DNA of 64,000 nt from an uncultured Candidatus Rokubacteria bacterium (GTDB lineage Bacteria; Methylomirabilota; Methylomirabilia; Rokubacteriales; CSP1-6): NCBI GenBank assembly GCA_963754315.1, contig CAVWFS010000007.1, forward strand, positions 736,001 through 800,000, in the 5' to 3' direction. Below are positions 61,711-64,000 of the stretch, in pieces. Position 1 is the first letter of the stretch. Every line of letters starts with the position of its first letter. The notes beneath the pieces were generated by a model that ran no database searches, had not been told where the DNA came from, and saw only the letters and a program-made list of their open reading frames with translations. Position numbers and translations under genes: made by a program.

Positions 61711-63357
61711 ATGATCATCGACGAGCTTCGAATCATCCAGAAAGAGCATGGTTACCTGCCCGCCGCGCAGCTGCGCGCCCTCTCCGAGCGGATGAGAACC
61801 TCCCTGTACCAGATCCACGGGGTGGCCAGCTTCTTTCCCCACTTCCGCCTCCAGCCTCCTCCCAAGGTTGACCTCGGCATCTGCGCGGACATGGCCTGTC
61901 ACCTGCGTGGGGCACCGCAACTTGTGCAGTGGACGACCGAGCGCCAAGATGCCCTGGCCGCCCGTGGGGTCGCCGTTCGCGCGACATCCTGTCTCGGGCA
62001 GTGCGATCGTGCGCCGGCCGCCGTCCTCAACGAGACGATCGTCGGTGGTGTCGCCCTCGAGGCCCTGTCCGCTCTCATCGATGCCGAACTGACCGGCAGC
62101 ATTCCGGCGCCGGCCTTGGAACCCTCCCCGCCGCTCCGGATCGATCCCTACGCGGGCACCCGCACCTATGGTGCCCTGCAGGCCGCCCGCGCCGAGGCCG
62201 ACCCGGCCAAACTCCTGGACGCGCTCAAGAGCAGCCAGCTCCGAGGGCTCGGGGGAGCTGGCTTCGGGACGGCGACCAAGTGGGAGATCGTCCGCGCCGC
62301 CCCCGGTGACGAGAAGTACGTCGTGTGCAATGCCGACGAGAGCGAGCCGGGTACGATCAAGGATCGGTTCATCCTGGACCATGCCCCCCACCTCGTGATC
62401 GAGGGCATGTTGCTGGCGGCCCTCGTCACCGGCGCGCGGACGGGCATCATCTATATCCGTCATGAGTACCACCACCAGAAGGAGTCCCTCGACCACGAGA
62501 TCGAACGCTGCCGGCGGGCCGGACTGCTGGACCTGGGGGCCGGGATTCCCTTCGATCTCACGGTGTTCGTGAGTCCGGGGGGCTACATCTGCGGTGAGGA
62601 ATCGGCGCTCCTGGAGGCCCTGGAGGGCCGGCGGGCGGAGCCACGCAACAAGCCTCCCTTCCCGGGCACTCACGGGCTCTGGGGCAAGCCCACCCTCATC
62701 AACAACGTCGAGACGCTCGCCATGGTCCCGGTCATTCTCAGCAAAGGCCCAGCATGGTTCCGGGACCAGGGAAGCGCGGGCGCGAGTGGTCTGAAGTTCG
62801 TGGGTATCAGCGGGCATGTGGCCAGACCCGGCGTGTACGAGATCGGGATGGGGACGCCAGCCCGTGAGGTCCTCGAGCGGGCGGGCGGCGTCCTGCACGG
62901 TCGGCCCCTCAAGGCCTGGGCACCGTCGGGGCCATCGTCGGGATACCTTCCCGCGTCCACCATCGACACGCCGCTCGACTTCAAGGCGCTGGCCACTGCT
63001 GGTTCGATGCTCGGCTCGGGGGCCCTGGTGATCTGCGCGGACGGCACCTGCATGCTCGACATGGCTGCCAACGCGGTGCGGTTCTTCAAGAACGAATCGT
63101 GCGGCAAATGTGTCCCTTGCCGCATCGGCTCGGCCAAGATGCTGGACCTGCTGGTAGGCATGACCCGTGGTCAGGGCCGGCGAGAGGATCTCGACCTCAT
63201 CGAGAACCTGTCGGAGGCGATGACCCTGACCTCCATCTGCGGCCTGGGCCAGGTGGTACCCGCCCCCATACGCTCCGTGGTGCACCACTTCCGCGACGAG
63301 ATCGAGGCCCACGTCGTCCGCAAGACGTGCCCGACGGGCGTCTGTGCCATGCGATGA
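61711..63357 (+). CDS. Fused NuoE-NuoF-like (HoxF/FdsGB-type) NAD(P)H diaphorase subunit
   Basis: [2Fe-2S] CADMAC and CLGQC; LRGLGGAGF, CNADESEPGT.KDR and YICGEE; [4Fe-4S] ESCGKCVPCRIG..SICGLG. Confidence 0.9.
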   Translation: MIIDELRIIQKEHGYLPAAQLRALSERMRTSLYQIHGVASFFPHFRLQPPPKVDLGICADMACHLRGAPQLVQWTTERQDALAARGVAVRATSCLGQCDRAPAAVLNETIVGGVALEALSALIDAELTGSIPAPALEPSPPLRIDPYAGTRTYGALQAARAEADPAKLLDALKSSQLRGLGGAGFGTATKWEIVRAAPGDEKYVVCNADESEPGTIKDRFILDHAPHLVIEGMLLAALVTGARTGIIYIRHEYHHQKESLDHEIERCRRAGLLDLGAGIPFDLTVFVSPGGYICGEESALLEALEGRRAEPRNKPPFPGTHGLWGKPTLINNVETLAMVPVILSKGPAWFRDQGSAGASGLKFVGISGHVARPGVYEIGMGTPAREVLERAGGVLHGRPLKAWAPSGPSSGYLPASTIDTPLDFKALATAGSMLGSGALVICADGTCMLDMAANAVRFFKNESCGKCVPCRIGSAKMLDLLVGMTRGQGRREDLDLIENLSEAMTLTSICGLGQVVPAPIRSVVHHFRDEIEAHVVRKTCPTGVCAMR

Positions 63358-64000
63358 CCCCGTCTGCGACGACCGCGAATCCTGGGTCGGCTCCGGTCGA
63401 GCTCGTCATCGACGGCCAGCGCGTGGCGGTACCGCGCGGCACCACGATCTTCGACGCCGCCCGCACACTGGGCATCGAGATCCCGACCCTCTGCCATGCG
63501 CAGCACCAGACTCCGGTCGGGGTGTGCCGTGTCTGCACGGTGGAGGTCCAGAACAATCGCGTTCTGGCCGCGTCCTGCATTCGTCCGGTGGAGGCGGGGA
63601 TGGAAGTGCGGACGTCCAGCGAGCAGGTCCTGGCCGCGCGCCGCACGCTCTACGAGCTTCTGCTCGCCGATCATCCCAGCCCGTGCGGGCGTCAGCAGGC
63701 CACCAGTGACTGTGAGCTCGAGACCCAGGCCCAGCGCGCCGGCGTCGGGGCCTCGCGCTTCGCGCGCGAGAGCGCCGGGCGTGGTGTCGATGACTCGTCG
63801 CCCATCATCCGCGTCGACCATGCCGCCTGCATTCTCTGCGACCGCTGCATCCGTGGCTGCAACGAGGTCAAGCACAACCTGGTCATCGGTCGCCGGGGCA
63901 AAGGGGCCTCCGCCGGGATCGCCTTCGACCTCGATGTGCCCATGGACCAATCGACGTGCGTGGGCTGCGGGGAATGCATGGTGTCGTGTCCGACGGGCGC
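63354..64000 (+). CDS. NuoG/FdhA/HoxU-like Fe-S protein, N-terminal part (runs off the window)
   Basis: ATGA overlap; my translation gives IPTLCH..GVCRVC..ASC, H..PC..DCEL, CILCDRCIRGC and CVGCGECMVSCPTG. Confidence 0.88.
   Translation, partial: MTPSATTANPGSAPVELVIDGQRVAVPRGTTIFDAARTLGIEIPTLCHAQHQTPVGVCRVCTVEVQNNRVLAASCIRPVEAGMEVRTSSEQVLAARRTLYELLLADHPSPCGRQQATSDCELETQAQRAGVGASRFARESAGRGVDDSSPIIRVDHAACILCDRCIRGCNEVKHNLVIGRRGKGASAGIAFDLDVPMDQSTCVGCGECMVSCPTG

Noticed and set aside
61711..64000. Respiratory complex I (nuo) operon
   Set aside because: E and F are fused, have their own promoter and are not preceded by nuoA-D; better read as a stand-alone diaphorase module, so no gene symbol is given.
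1..64000. tRNA, rRNA, integrase, transposase or prophage genes
   Set aside because: No recognisable sequence or protein motifs for these were found by eye.

Overview
High-GC bacterial chromosomal window with no rRNA, tRNA, CRISPR array or transposase visible. Gene content and a GC-rich intergenic repeat suggest a Rokubacteria/Methylomirabilota-type diderm (inference). Many genes are split by single-base indels with no in-frame stops, which most likely reflects long-read assembly error. 1-24 kb holds small-molecule redox and catabolic enzymes, a DNA-repair radical SAM gene, an orphan mreB, a DUF748 envelope protein, several deletion remnants and a REP-like repeat family between convergent genes. 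25-37 kb holds a DUF4331-TPR-Ni/Co transporter operon. It also holds an atypical subtilase and two Ig-like secreted proteins sharing a C-terminal domain, which flank two tandem outer-membrane beta-barrels. 37-64 kb is the most interesting part. A co-directional minus-strand run encodes a DUF4062-iSTAND/MoxR/vWA-OmpA conflict cassette, a beta-barrel, a decaheme LVIVD-propeller cytochrome, a c554-like tetraheme cytochrome, SthA, an FHA-GAF-nucleotide cyclase, a PP2C phosphatase and a ~2470-aa membrane Ser/Thr kinase. A NuoE-NuoF fusion and a NuoG/FdhA-like Fe-S gene diverge from this run. The best candidates for an undescribed system are the porin-multiheme-transhydrogenase/diaphorase electron conduit and the putative C-terminal-domain/beta-barrel export module. 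All family assignments are from motif recognition by eye, not database searches.
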